This document shows positions 11,568 through 24,415 of a DNA stretch of 64,000 nt, piece by piece. The notes under the pieces were generated by a model, which was not told the DNA's origin, ran no database searches, and saw only the letters and a program-made list of their open reading frames with translations. The translations under genes were made by a program, and so were the position numbers. Positions within the stretch are counted from its first letter, which is position 1. Each line of letters opens with the position of its first letter. Origin of the DNA: Octopus sinensis (Eukaryota); contig NC_042999.1 of the NCBI RefSeq assembly GCF_006345805.1, forward strand, positions 78,802,001 to 78,866,000, written 5' to 3'.

Positions 11568-11905
11568 AAAAGAAGGAAAAGAAAATGGAGATCGGGAAGT
11601 TAATAATTGTTTATTATAAACAGCAAATTAATCATCATTTACAGCTGTTTCAAGTAATACTCAGTGAATATTAAGTAAATATCAAATTTATATGACCTGA
11701 GCATAATATCTTCAGAAGGCAAAAAATATACCCTTGGATGTTTTATATGTGTTTATGGGTTCATTAGAACAGTCTGTTACAAATTAAAAATTTACTTAAT
11801 ATTTACTGAGTATTAATTGAAACAGCTGTAAAGAATGTTGATTAATTTGCTATTAATAATAAACAATTACTAACTTCCCAATCTCCATTTTCTTTTTCTT
11901 CTTTT
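11568..11905. repeat. Inverted repeat, ~115-bp arms around a ~110-bp spacer (PLE-like inverted terminal repeat)
   Basis: Arm 11568-11680 is the near-identical reverse complement of arm 11790-11905; each arm contains GAAACAGCTGTA. Confidence 0.85.
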
Positions 11906-12034
11906 ATATATATAAATACACACATACACACACACACGAAGGCACACACACATACAAACACACACACACACGCACATATATATATATGTTGCCTGTGCAC
12001 GTGCACGCATCTAGGTGTGTGCGCATGTGGATTC

Positions 12035-12156
12035 TTAGCTACTTGGTTTTGGGTTCAGTGCTACTGTGCGGCACTCCGGGCAGGTGCCTTCTATTATAGC
12101 CCCGGTCAATCAAAGACTTCGAATTGGATTTGGCGGACGGAAACTGAAAGTCTGTC

Positions 12157-12224
<68 letters not shown>

Positions 12225-12365
12225 TGTGTGTGTGTGTGTGTGTGAGAGTGCGTTTGTGTGATTGTGTGTGCATCTTTGTGTTTGTGCTTCGTCCTAGCAG
12301 TTCGCTGAGGACTGTTGAAATAAATACAAGATTTATAAAAAAACAATTTGTCTACTTTTCGACTA
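12035..12365 (+). mobile_element. SINE family B, diverged copy
   Basis: gggttcagtgctact..gcaggtgccttctattatagcc..gacggaaactgaaag, then an internal (TA)(TG) array and a decayed tail. Confidence 0.7.
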
Positions 12366-12376
12366 AACCCTTGAAG

Positions 12377-12424
<48 letters not shown>

Positions 12425-12482
12425 CTCTATCTATCTATCTATCTATCTATCTATATGTGAACTCATCTACCTATATATATAT

Positions 12483-12522
<40 letters not shown>

Positions 12523-12993
12523 TATTATATATACATATATACAAATATATATATGTACATATACATATATACATATATATATATATACATATATAAATAT
12601 ATATATGTATGCTGAACTCATCTACCATACCAAAAGTATATATATATGCACCCCCTCCCCACATTTATACACACACACCACAGTCACAAATTCACATTTA
12701 TGTCACATATATACATGTATCAATCACACGCTATCTATGAATGGGTATATCTTACTTTCTTGAAACAGGCGCATGCACTGACGTAAGCGCGCGTGTGCAA
12801 ACATGTGTGCATATGTGTATGTTATTTGTATGTAAAGATTATTTTTTTTTAATCAAAAAAATTACTTGGTTTATAAGAGGAGGTCCCCAGATTGCGAAAT
12901 TACCATAGCTTTCTGTTGTTTTCTAAAAATTTATAGAAACTTATGAAGTGAAATCAAATAACACGTAAGCATTATTATATATATAGATATATA

Positions 12994-13046
<53 letters not shown>

Positions 13047-13084
13047 GCTATATGTAATGTAGATATGTATATCTATATCTATAT

Positions 13085-14952
13085 ATATATGTGGTATATA
13101 TATATATATCTATATATTATATTATATGTATGTATATATATATACATATAACATATATATATATGTATATATATATGCATGTATGTATATATATATAAAT
13201 ATATGTATATATAAATAAATATATATTATAATTAAAAATATATATGAGTACAAATAAATATAGATATATAAATGCGCACAAATATGTATATATATATATA
13301 TTGAATACACACGCACACACAGACACACACTCACTCACACACACACACACACACACACACACGTATATAGGAGGAATGAAAAGGATATATACCACACCCA
13401 TCATCAATCGTTAAAAAAGTAGCTAAGCAACAAAGAAGAGAAGTTTCAACTTTCCCGGAAAATAAAAAGAATTACTGCAGTCATAGCACACTCTCAGAGA
13501 TTTAATGAAAAATTAATGAAGGAATAATAATAATAATAATAATAATAATAGTAATAATAATAATAATGATAATAATAATAATGATGATGATGATGATGAT
13601 GATAATAATAATAACAATTAGAAAAGCAATAAGAATATAGCTAATAACAGATTACATGTAAATTCATCTGCCAATTATTAGTATTCAAAACACAAAGTCT
13701 TTTGTTTGTTTGCAAGAGAGGATTGAAAAATAGATGGGAAGGGATTAAAAAAAGCGAGAGCGTTAATTTGAGACAACACACACACACACGCACACCACAC
13801 ACACACACACACACACACACACACCACACACATATATATGTAATGTGGGTGTCTATATGCATACATACATATATGTGTGTGTGCGGTGTGTGTGTATGTG
13901 TATGTATATATGTGTGTATGTATATGTGTATATATGCATATATATATGCATGTATATATAGGCATATTTATATATATAGTGGGTGTCAAAGGGAAAGACA
14001 GAAATACAGGCATGATGCACATAAACACAATCACATACTAAATATCTAATATACATAATACATATACAATGTATGTGTGTGTAATAATATATATATATAT
14101 AATATATGGATACATATACATATATTTCTATATATGTGCATATCAACATATCTAATCTATCTTTCTATCTATTTAACTATATATATATAGATATATATAT
14201 ATATATATATATATATCTATATGTATATGTATATATGTATATCTATATCTATATATATATGTGTATACATATATATATCTATATATATATATATATGTAT
14301 GTATATATATATACATATAACATATATATATATATGTATATATATATGCATTTATGTATATATATATAAATATATGTATATATAATTAATATATATATTA
14401 TTAAAAAATATATATGAGTACAAATAAATATAGATATATAAATGCGCACAAATATGTATATATATATATATTGAATACACACGCAACACACAGACACACA
14501 CTCACTCACACACACCACACACACACAACGTATTAGGAGGAATGAAAAGGATATATACCACACCCATCATCAATCGTTAAAAAAGTAGCTAAGCAACAAA
14601 GAAGAGAAGTTTCAACTTTCCCGGAAAATAAAACAGAATTACTGCAGTCATAGCACACTCTCCAGAGATTTAACTGAAAATTAATGAAGGAATAATAATA
14701 ATAATAATAATAATAGTAATAATAATAATAATGATAATAATAATAATGATGATGATGATGATGATGATAATAATAATAACAATTAGAAAAGCAATAAGAA
14801 TATAGCTAATAAAAGATTACATGTAAATTCATCTGCCAATTTATTAGTATTCAAAACACAAAGTCTTTTGTTTGTTTGCAAGAGAGGATTGAAAAATAGA
14901 TGGGAAGGGATTAAAAAAAGCGAGAGCGTTAATTTGAGACACACACACACAC

Positions 14953-14999
<47 letters not shown>

Positions 15000-15258
15000 A
15001 CACACATATATGTAAATGTGTGTGTCTATATGCATACATACATATATGTGTGTGTGCGTGTGTGTGTGTATGTGTATGTATATATGTGTGTATGTATATG
15101 TGTATATATGCATATATATATGCATGTATATATAGGCATATATATATATATATAGTGGGTGTCAAAGGGAAAGACAGAAATACAGGCATGATGCACATAA
15201 ACACAATCACATACTAAATATCTAATATACATATATACATATACAATTGTATGTATGT

Positions 15259-15293
<35 letters not shown>

Positions 15294-15389
15294 ATACATA
15301 TACATATATTTCTATATATGTGCATATCAACATATCTAATCTATCTTTCTATCTATTTAACTATATATATATATATATATATAGATATA

Positions 15390-15425
<36 letters not shown>
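13085..15425. repeat. Tandem duplication with ~1.17-kb unit
   Basis: Unique anchors recur at an offset of ~1171-1176 bp (gagtacaaataaata 13246/14417; gggtgtcaaaggg 13981/15157). Confidence 0.9.
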
Positions 15426-15430
<5 letters not shown>

Positions 15431-15541
15431 TATATATTATATATATATATATGATATATTTATATACATATATATGTATGTATATATACGTGTGTACTGC
15501 ACGTATGTTCGTACATGTGTCTATCATATACGTGATGTATA

Positions 15542-15573
<32 letters not shown>

Positions 15574-15875
15574 ATATATATATATATTATATATATATCT
15601 GCATGCCAAGTACGTGCACGTACACATGCACACGCACACGTACTCAGATTAATATCTCATACTAGATGCACGTGTGTATGCTAAGCTATGTAATAGTTAT
15701 GTTTGTAAGTATATAATTTCATCAGGTGAAAAGAAAAACTGCAGATAATGAGAAAAAGAAAATGTAGGATACAGACAGGAAATGAGTAATACAACGACAC
15801 AAAAGAAAATTATTTAGTTGAATATTAGAATGGATATATAAATGTAACAGAAATATTTTCCATTGTTTATAGAAT

Positions 15876-16197
15876 AGGAGTGGCTGTGTGGTAAGAAGCT
15901 TGTTTCCCATCCACATGGTTCCAAGTTCAGTCCCACTGCGTGGCACCTTGGGCAAGTGTCTTCTACTATAGCCTCGGGCCGACCAAAGCTTTTTGAGTGG
16001 ATTTAGTAGACGGAAACTGAAAGAAGCCCGTCGTTGGCGTGTTCTAGTCCCCACAACGTAGCCGTTCGGTAAAAGAGACTGATAAAATAAGTACTAGGCT
16101 TACAAAGAATAAGTTCTGGGGCGAATTTTCCACTAAAGGCGGTGCTCCAGCATGGCCGCAATCAAATGACTGAAACAAGTAAAAGAATAAAAGAATA
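15876..16197 (+). mobile_element. SINE family B (copy lacking the internal microsatellite)
   Basis: A-box tggctgtgtgg, B-box agttcagtccc, ccttgggcaagtgtcttctactatagcc body, aaaggcggtgctccagcatggcc..gtaaaagaataaaagaa tail. Confidence 0.9.
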
Positions 16198-16207
16198 TAT
16201 ATATTTA

Positions 16208-16370
16208 TAGTTATCGCCAAGCTAATATGGCAGTCCACAAATATAGAACGAATGCTGCCGTTGATTAACTCCAAGAGGCCATCGCTCCAAGAGGCAATGG
16301 CCTTTCGAGCTAATCAACGACAGCATTCGTCGTATATTTGTGGACTGCCATATTAGCTTGGCGATAACTA
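16208..16370. mobile_element. 159-bp foldback MITE with TA TSD
   Basis: TA|gttatcgccaagctaatatggcagtccacaaatata ... tatatttgtggactgccatattagcttggcgataac|TA; pairing continues almost to the centre. Confidence 0.8.
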
Positions 16371-16434
16371 TTAATATCCAGTACCGCTGCCGTAGTCTCC
16401 ATTAGAGAGACTTAGAAATTTTTATTTTTCTATA

Positions 16435-16477
<43 letters not shown>

Positions 16478-17350
16478 TATTATATATATATATATAGATA
16501 TATATATATATATATATCTGTGTGTGTGTGTATTTTATCTTTTGCTTCAATCGTTGGGCTGCAGCAGATGTATAATCATTGAACAACAAACAGAAAAATC
16601 TCAGTAATTTAGAGTTCAATTAATAATAGGTTGTTAAACTCCTATGCTATAATATTGCAGTAAACCCACATGGAAAAAGCTTGCGTGTATATACATATAT
16701 AACATATCATCGTGTGAAATGATCCTGAAGAGCAGCATATATTTAAAATAAAAGGCGGAAGAGCATAAATTTCTCACATAGTTCATATTTTAAATAATTT
16801 CAACAGCTGTTTCATTAGGAATTACCTCAATTAATTATATAAGTATGTAATTAATTACATAATTAGCATAGATTTATTTGGATTAATTTATGTTAATTAT
16901 ATATCTTAATTTACGTTATTATGGAATTAATTGTGGTAATTTCTAGTGAAAGATTTTTAAACTAATGAAGCATGTAATTAATGAAACATTTGCAAATCAA
17001 ATTAATTTAGTTCGATGTCTATCACAGATTATGAAGAATATCACGGGCTACATATGTTAATCATTGATGCTTGCTAGTTTAAAGGCATGCACAGACACGC
17101 ACGAACGCGCGCACGCGCGCACACACATGCATGTATGTTTGTGTGTATATATAAGTATATGCATGCCTACATATTAACTGCGATGAACAGAATATATGTA
17201 GTCGTCTTTATCCACATGAATAATTATTGAGAAGTATGAAAAATTAAATGTTTTTAGTTTGCCACCGTTACTAATTCCATACGTTTGTTAAAAATTTTAG
17301 TCTTCCCTTTTTTTTGCATCATTTGCTTATGTGTCTATCTGAGAATTGGA

Positions 17351-17435
<85 letters not shown>

Positions 17436-17620
17436 CATCACACACGCACGCATGCACGCACCCGCGCACGCACGCACGCTCGCACGGACGCACGCTCGCT
17501 CGCACGGACGCACGCTCGCACGCACGCACGCTCGCACGCACGCACGCTCGCACGCTCGCACGCACGCACGCTCGCACGCACGCACGCTCGCACGCACGAA
17601 CACACGCAGACACACACACA
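17351..17620. repeat. (CTAT)n followed by a CpG-rich (GCAC/GCTC)n compound array
   Basis: Directly visible. Confidence 0.9.
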
Positions 17621-17785
17621 CACGCACAAACACACTAAAACACACACATATGTATACATACATACATACATATATATGTGTGCGTGTGTGTGTCTAGCCT
17701 ATTTCGTCATGTTAAACCGTTAATCCTTACACATTTCTTTTTATCCCCGTTTTTTTTTATTCGCCATCCTTTTCTCCTCATAATC

Positions 17786-17821
17786 CTTTCTGTCGAAGAG
17801 CGTAGGCTCGAAATGTAAAAG
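17786..17821 (+). ncRNA. Minimal hammerhead-like motif with variant core CUGUCGA
   Basis: CTTT-CTGTCGA-A-GAGC-gtag-GCTC-GAAA-TGTA-AAAG: stems I and II pair, but A6 is replaced by U. Confidence 0.4.
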
Positions 17822-18633
17822 ATTTTCCATTCTTCCCGAGCATTAGACTTATACACCTGCTTGTTATATATGTATGTATGTATATCTATATATATATATA
17901 TATATATACACGGCGAGAGAGACAGAGAGAAAGAGACGACACACAGATATATAAGTACATATATAAATAGATACGAACACACACACACATGTATACATAC
18001 ATACACAGATATATATGCATATATATGTATGAATGCGCACGCGTATTTTCATTGTGTAAAAGCAAAATTCATTTCTAATTCCCAGGTGAGAAACAAGTGT
18101 TTGGAAGACGTAAGATATTTGTTTAGGCGGAATCGTTCCCCTTGAGGTGGATTAATTTTTCAAAGATTGTCTTCTATTTCTTCATTCTATTATAGCATTT
18201 TCTTTTATATCCTTCTTGGCATGTCTATAAATCATTGTAGGTATGTGTGTATGTATATGCATATGTCATATATGTATATAAATATACATACATGCATTCA
18301 TATATGCCCATACACAAACACTGGCACGTTCATTGGCTTTGATATGTGTGTTAATGTTAATCACTTCCGTTTCAATATATTATGGGAGATTGTCATGGCA
18401 ACTCTTGTTTTATTAAAAAAAATTTTTTTATCTAATTTTCTAATCCAGATTAGAAATTGAATTGCCAATATATTACTTCCGTTCTACGTATGCCTATGCA
18501 AGTATATACATACGTACGTACGTACATACATACATACATGCATACATACTTATATATATACATACACACATACATATTCTCTATGTATGTATATATCTAT
18601 ATTTATATCAATCTATGCATGTATGTATGCATG

Positions 18634-18678
<45 letters not shown>

Positions 18679-18696
18679 CTCTCTCTCTCTCACCCC

Positions 18697-18743
<47 letters not shown>

Positions 18744-18897
18744 CACACACATATATATAGATATATAGATCGATATATATAGATATGTATGTATGCATGC
18801 AAGTGTGCATGTGTATGCATAAATATGGATATATATATATAATATATATAATATATATATATTGATGTGTGTGTATATATATATATATTTACATATA

Positions 18898-18973
<76 letters not shown>

Positions 18974-19180
18974 TATATAAGCGTGTATTTTGTCTATGAG
19001 AGAGCGTGCATCACTGTCAGTATGTTTATAAGTATGTGCGTGTGTTTATATATGTGTGTGCGTGTATGTGTGCGTTTGTGTATGTACCCAAACGGTGTTA
19101 ACAAGAAATTTTAGTCGTAAGCTTGAATTTTCGATAATTTCTTCTTATTGGATGCCTTAATTTTGCAAAACAAATCATAT

Positions 19181-19299
19181 TCATTTTCGTGGAAATGGCT
19201 GAGAGACAGAGTACGAATAATGGCTGTATAGTTGTTGTGCTTGCAGAGTCGTTGGTGACGGAATCAACGGCGATGCAAACGGTGGTGGCGGCAGCTGTG
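19181..19299 (-). CDS. Candidate terminal coding exon (Pro/Ser/Gln-rich)
   Basis: Acceptor ..ttcgtgtacag| then xQLPPPPFASPLIPSPTTLQAQQLYSHYSYSVSQPFPRK*; non-repetitive, GC-richer island. No recognisable homology. Confidence 0.25.
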
Positions 19300-19400
19300 C
19301 TGTACACGAATTACAATTCAGGAAAATTGGAAGCCATTGGAAAAATGCATGCATCACATACATATACATACGTACATGCATACCTGCATTCATTCATTTA

Positions 19401-19447
<47 letters not shown>

Positions 19448-19744
19448 CATATATACTTACAGAAACTCTCCGAAGCATGCACACACTTGCGCATACATAG
19501 ATTAAATATTATGAGAACCTTCGCTGGGGATATACAATGTGTTACCTACTTTTTGTTTTAACGGCAATGTAACAACAAATAATAATGTCAGTGATAAACA
19601 CATACAGAAACACACACTCGCACACTTCCACAAATATGTACACTCGTTTATATATATATAGCATTAGAAAAAAACAAACCATGTGCGGGCAAAAACGAAC
19701 CGATTCTTTGGTGGATTAATCAATCAAGAATCTAATACATTGCA

Positions 19745-19803
<59 letters not shown>

Positions 19804-20170
19804 GCTATAATCATATATTCATATATACATATATATTCTTATATATACATACACATATATACGCACGCACACACCACACACACATACGCACACACATACA
19901 CACACACACGCGCATGCACGTATATATACATGGAATGAATAGTGGATAAATACGTATTATAAAAACTAAAATCATAAATACGTGAAGTAAATACAGGAAA
20001 AACAGCCACAGACAAGGAATAAATTAATTTGGAGAGAATTGAATAGGGACATATGAACATTTGTGTATATATGCATACATGCATACATACATACCTAAAC
20101 ATACATAAATACATATATACATACATATACTCTCTCTCTCACACACACACACACATATATATATATATAC

Positions 20171-20202
<32 letters not shown>

Positions 20203-21099
20203 TCGAGTGTGTATTCTTTTCTATTTTCGCTTTCTTTTAGTCTTCTGACAAACATACAAAGCTTATTCGTTAGAATGTAGATAAAAACAGTCTTCGATGC
20301 TTTTATTGTATTGTGTTATGTGCGAATTAGCTGGTTGGATTCTCTCTCAAAACTCCTATTCATCAAGACTGTCAATTAGGCATTTACTGACAAAACCAAG
20401 TGCCCCAATTATTATTGGTATAAATGTGAATTTATATAACATGAGTATAGAAGCTGAAGTTTCGAAGAAGTTATTTTTTATTTTGAAAGTAATATCTACA
20501 CCAGTGGGGCATCTGCTACATCAGACAATACATACTTTTTCTTCTCCCTCCCAAACAACAATATCCAGCCTGTTTTGTTTACACTTGGTAGAAGTTTTAA
20601 TGAGAGTTTTTCCACTAATATTCCTTCTGTTGTTGTTTATTTACGTGTTCAATAACAAGTGGGCTTCTCTATATTTTGCCTTGGCCTGTCAGTTTTTCAG
20701 ATGGCATTGTATATTCTTTTAGCGACCACGTCGTGTTTCATTGGGAGGTAGTGCCTTCTTGACATTTTAGGTAGCTGGTGATCACATGTGTTACATGTCC
20801 CACGGAAATGTGACATTAATCTTTAGTTATATCTTGGGGTCACTTCACTGAGTCTTTAGTTTATTAGGTATTTTGTAGCAATCTTCTGTTCTTGGACTGA
20901 AAATGCATTGCTTTTGAAGAGTGATGTGATGTAGCAGTCATGAGTCCCCCAGAGACTGCTCTTCATATCGATGTTACTACGTGTTAAAGTCTTTTTTTTT
21001 GGTATACTGAGCTTTTGACACTCACCAGACTTTCTTTGATATATGTTAGTTCGGCTGAAGTTGGAAAAGCTGAAATATGGTCGTCCAGCATGTGCTTGC

Positions 21100-21335
21100 A
21101 AAGGTCTTTCCCCATAGGCTCATAAGGCCGGTTTCCCTGTTTGTGTGGCGTATATGTTCCCTGCTGGACAGAATGCTGGTCCGTCACGGTATTATTAATT
21201 TTTGACAATCGAGTGGAATGAAACAACGTAAAATGATGTGTTTTGCTCAAAAACGCAACGCATCAACCGGTCCAGAAATCGAAGACAAAATCTTAAGATC
21301 ATAAGTTTATCACCCTAACCACTAAGCCACGCGCC
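21100..21335 (-). mobile_element. tRNA-headed SINE (family C-type head, different tail)
   Basis: Reverse complement of gaggcgcgtggcttagtggttagggtg..gat(t)tc..gcaaaacacatcattttacgttgtttcattccactcg. Confidence 0.75.
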
Positions 21336-21535
21336 TCTACAGACACACACACATACACACACATCGGGAAAAGAATAAGTACTGCTATTTTCGTTTAAAA
21401 TATATTCATTACTCTTCTGCTACAAATGTACTGTTTTCTTTTTTGCATATTCAAGGTAGGGTAACTGTTACTCTAATGATTCCTATTTACAACCATCCTC
21501 TACTCTCCAGACAATCACACTGTTTTGTCTTATGT

Positions 21536-21699
21536 GCGCAGGAGTGGCTGTGTGGTAAGTAGCTTGCTTACCAACCACATGGTTCCGGGTTCCATCCCAC
21601 TGCGTGGCACATTGGGAAAGTGTCTTCTACTATAGCCTCGGGCCGACCAAAGCCTTGTGAGTGGATTTGGTAGACGGAAACTGAAAGAAGCCCGTCGTA

Positions 21700-21760
<61 letters not shown>

Positions 21761-21981
21761 ACATGTATGTTTATATGTATGTATGCATGTATGTATGTGT
21801 GTATGTATGTAGATATTTGTGTGTCTGTGTTTGTCTCCCCACCATCGCTTGACAACTGATGCTGGTGTGTTTACGCCCCGTAACTTAGCTCTTCGGCAAA
21901 ATAGTCCGATTGAATGAGTACTAGGCTTACAGAGAATAAGTCCTGGGGCCGATATGACTGAAGCAAGTAAAAGAATAAAAG
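21536..21981 (+). mobile_element. SINE family B, full length
   Basis: Head, body, internal (TA)/(TATG) array and tail all present. Confidence 0.9.
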
Positions 21982-22201
21982 AATACATATATGTCTGCCT
22001 GCCTGCCTACCTACCTACCTACCTACCTACATACATACATACATACCTACATACCTACCTACCTACCTACCTATCTACCTACCTACATACCTACTTACCT
22101 ACCTACATACCTACCTACCTACCTACCTACCTACCTACCTACATACATACATACATACATACTGTATATAAATATATGTAAAAGGTTGAAAAGGAACGAG
22201 T

Positions 22202-22265
<64 letters not shown>

Positions 22266-22352
22266 CATGAGTTGATACATACACTAGTTGATATATATAT
22301 ATGGAGAAAAGTCAAGGTAGAAAATGCTAAAATAATTTTATAAAATACATTT

Positions 22353-22392
22353 TAGAGTACCGGTTTCGGCCGTTGAGACCTTTTCAACTCTA
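22353..22392 (-). ncRNA. Minimal type I hammerhead ribozyme, U3-A8 core variant, in PLE-like terminal repeat sequence
   Basis: Minus strand: UAGAG-UUGAAAA-GGUC-ucaac-GGCC-GAAA-CCGG-UA|CUCUA. 5-bp stem I, 4-bp stem II, palindromic stem III (ACCGGU), GUA cleavage triplet. Confidence 0.75.
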
Positions 22393-22896
22393 CATATGGA
22401 AAACAATTAAATTTGAAAGAATATTTGTGGAGTATTCAAATATAAGGGGCATTTTCCTTGTTTCTGCCTGTCTCTGAGTCTCTTGTTTACCCTTGTAGGT
22501 TCGAGGTCGTTATGAATTCTTCGCAGAGAAGAAGAAGAAATAAAGAATGGGGGAGCGGTATGATAATAGTATAATGTTAAATGGTCAAGTGCCCTGAAAG
22601 TGACTTGTGGATGGTAGTAGTGACTGAATTCTTGAGATCTCTCTTTTGAATGTATTGCTTATAATATTTGCGTAGGTGTTATTCTAAACAGCAGTAGTAG
22701 TAAAGTAAGGAAGTAGGCGGGTCTGACCACCGGTGTTAGATTGCTTGCGTCCCTGAAAATGGAGATGATAGAATGAGTACTATAGTTCTAAACTAAATAA
22801 CAAAGTCGGTTGATTTGATCTACTAAAACCTTCAGACAAAGTGCTGCTCCAGCTTGGTCGTAACTTAATAATTGCAACTAGTAGTTGAGTAGAAAA

Positions 22897-22970
<74 letters not shown>

Positions 22971-23383
22971 TTCAAAAAAGATGTGCCTGTGTGCATGTAT
23001 GTGTGCTTGTGTGTGTGGCAGTCTGTATGTAAATGTGCGAGTGCAAGTTTATTTGTGTTTTCGTTCTGCCAGTAAGTCTATATCCCTATATCGAGGTCAG
23101 TTTGTGTGTATATACTCGTGTATTTGTATATGTAACAGTATAGATACATACATTGTGAGTGTGAGTGTATAATAGATAGCATTGGTTGATCGTATTATAA
23201 TTGCCAATTAAAAAATTCCTAGGCAAATTGTATAAATATCTTCCCAAATATTCTTAACTAGATTTTAAGGGGTTATTTCTTATGTATGTATGTATACATA
23301 TATTGTATGAATATATTTATACATATATATAATACATATATGTACATGTGTATATATACATATACATATATATGTGTACATAT

Positions 23384-23449
<66 letters not shown>

Positions 23450-23491
23450 ATATACATGTACATATATACACGCACACGCGCATACACTTAC

Positions 23492-23533
<42 letters not shown>

Positions 23534-24112
23534 CATAAAACATTTGGTTCGACATGTAGTCTACGTGAGCAGTCATGTGTTTTGAAAGTTGTCAAGAGGT
23601 TAAAAAAAAAGACGCATCAAAAAAATATGTAGAAACTCCTTTGGTGGCATCTAAAAGAAGTTTTTGTACCAAACCGGATTTTTCTCTGCCATGTTACTTA
23701 AAGAAAATTCAGTTGTAAATAAGAATTAGAATAAATAAATGTAGGACATTATACGCCTACTGTTTCTGAACGTCAAAGAGAAGTTTATTAGCTCATTGTC
23801 TCTAACGTTGGTTTCAAACGTTGACTCTCGAAAGTAAATGTGTTTTGAGGAATGGTTCTTGTAAGTTAACTCACCTCTACTATTTAACTCATATATTTCC
23901 TCTTCCTGGGAAAGCTGAAAGGCCAAAATTATCTTGACGAAATTCGAACCCAGAATGTAAAGAAACTTGATGTCATTAAATAGTAAACGGAATGACCTCA
24001 GTGGTTCTATCAAATCTGCTAATCTTACAGAAATAATGTTTTTTATTTAGGGGCAAAGATCGAAAATGCCTTTAGACAAATTACACATCACTCTATAATC
24101 TGTTCTGCTATA

Positions 24113-24305
24113 GGCACAAGGCCTGAAATTTGGTGGGGAGGGGTTAAGCCCATTACATCGACCTCAGTACTCAACTGGTTTTAAATTTATCGACCCTGAA
24201 GGGATGGAACGCAAAATCTTCGGCGGAAGTTGAACTCAAAACGTAGTGACGAGTGAAATACTGTTAAGCATTTCGCCCGATGTGCTAACGATTCTGCCAG
24301 CTCGC
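24113..24305 (-). mobile_element. SINE family A monomer
   Basis: ggcacaaggcctgaaatttgg..ctaacgattctgccagctcg. Confidence 0.85.
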
Positions 24306-24415
24306 TACCTTCATCATTCTATAATCGAGCTACGAATCATTATGCCGTGCGCCTTTGCTAAACATTGCATTATTGTTCAATTTACAAACGTGGTACAGTA
24401 TGATCGCGGTAAATT

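Noticed and set aside
20770-21090. Possible Sola-like transposase remnant (DHISAFP ... CNTCD, minus strand)
   Set aside because: Only two short motifs, in different frames and with the wrong spacing; not supportable without a search.
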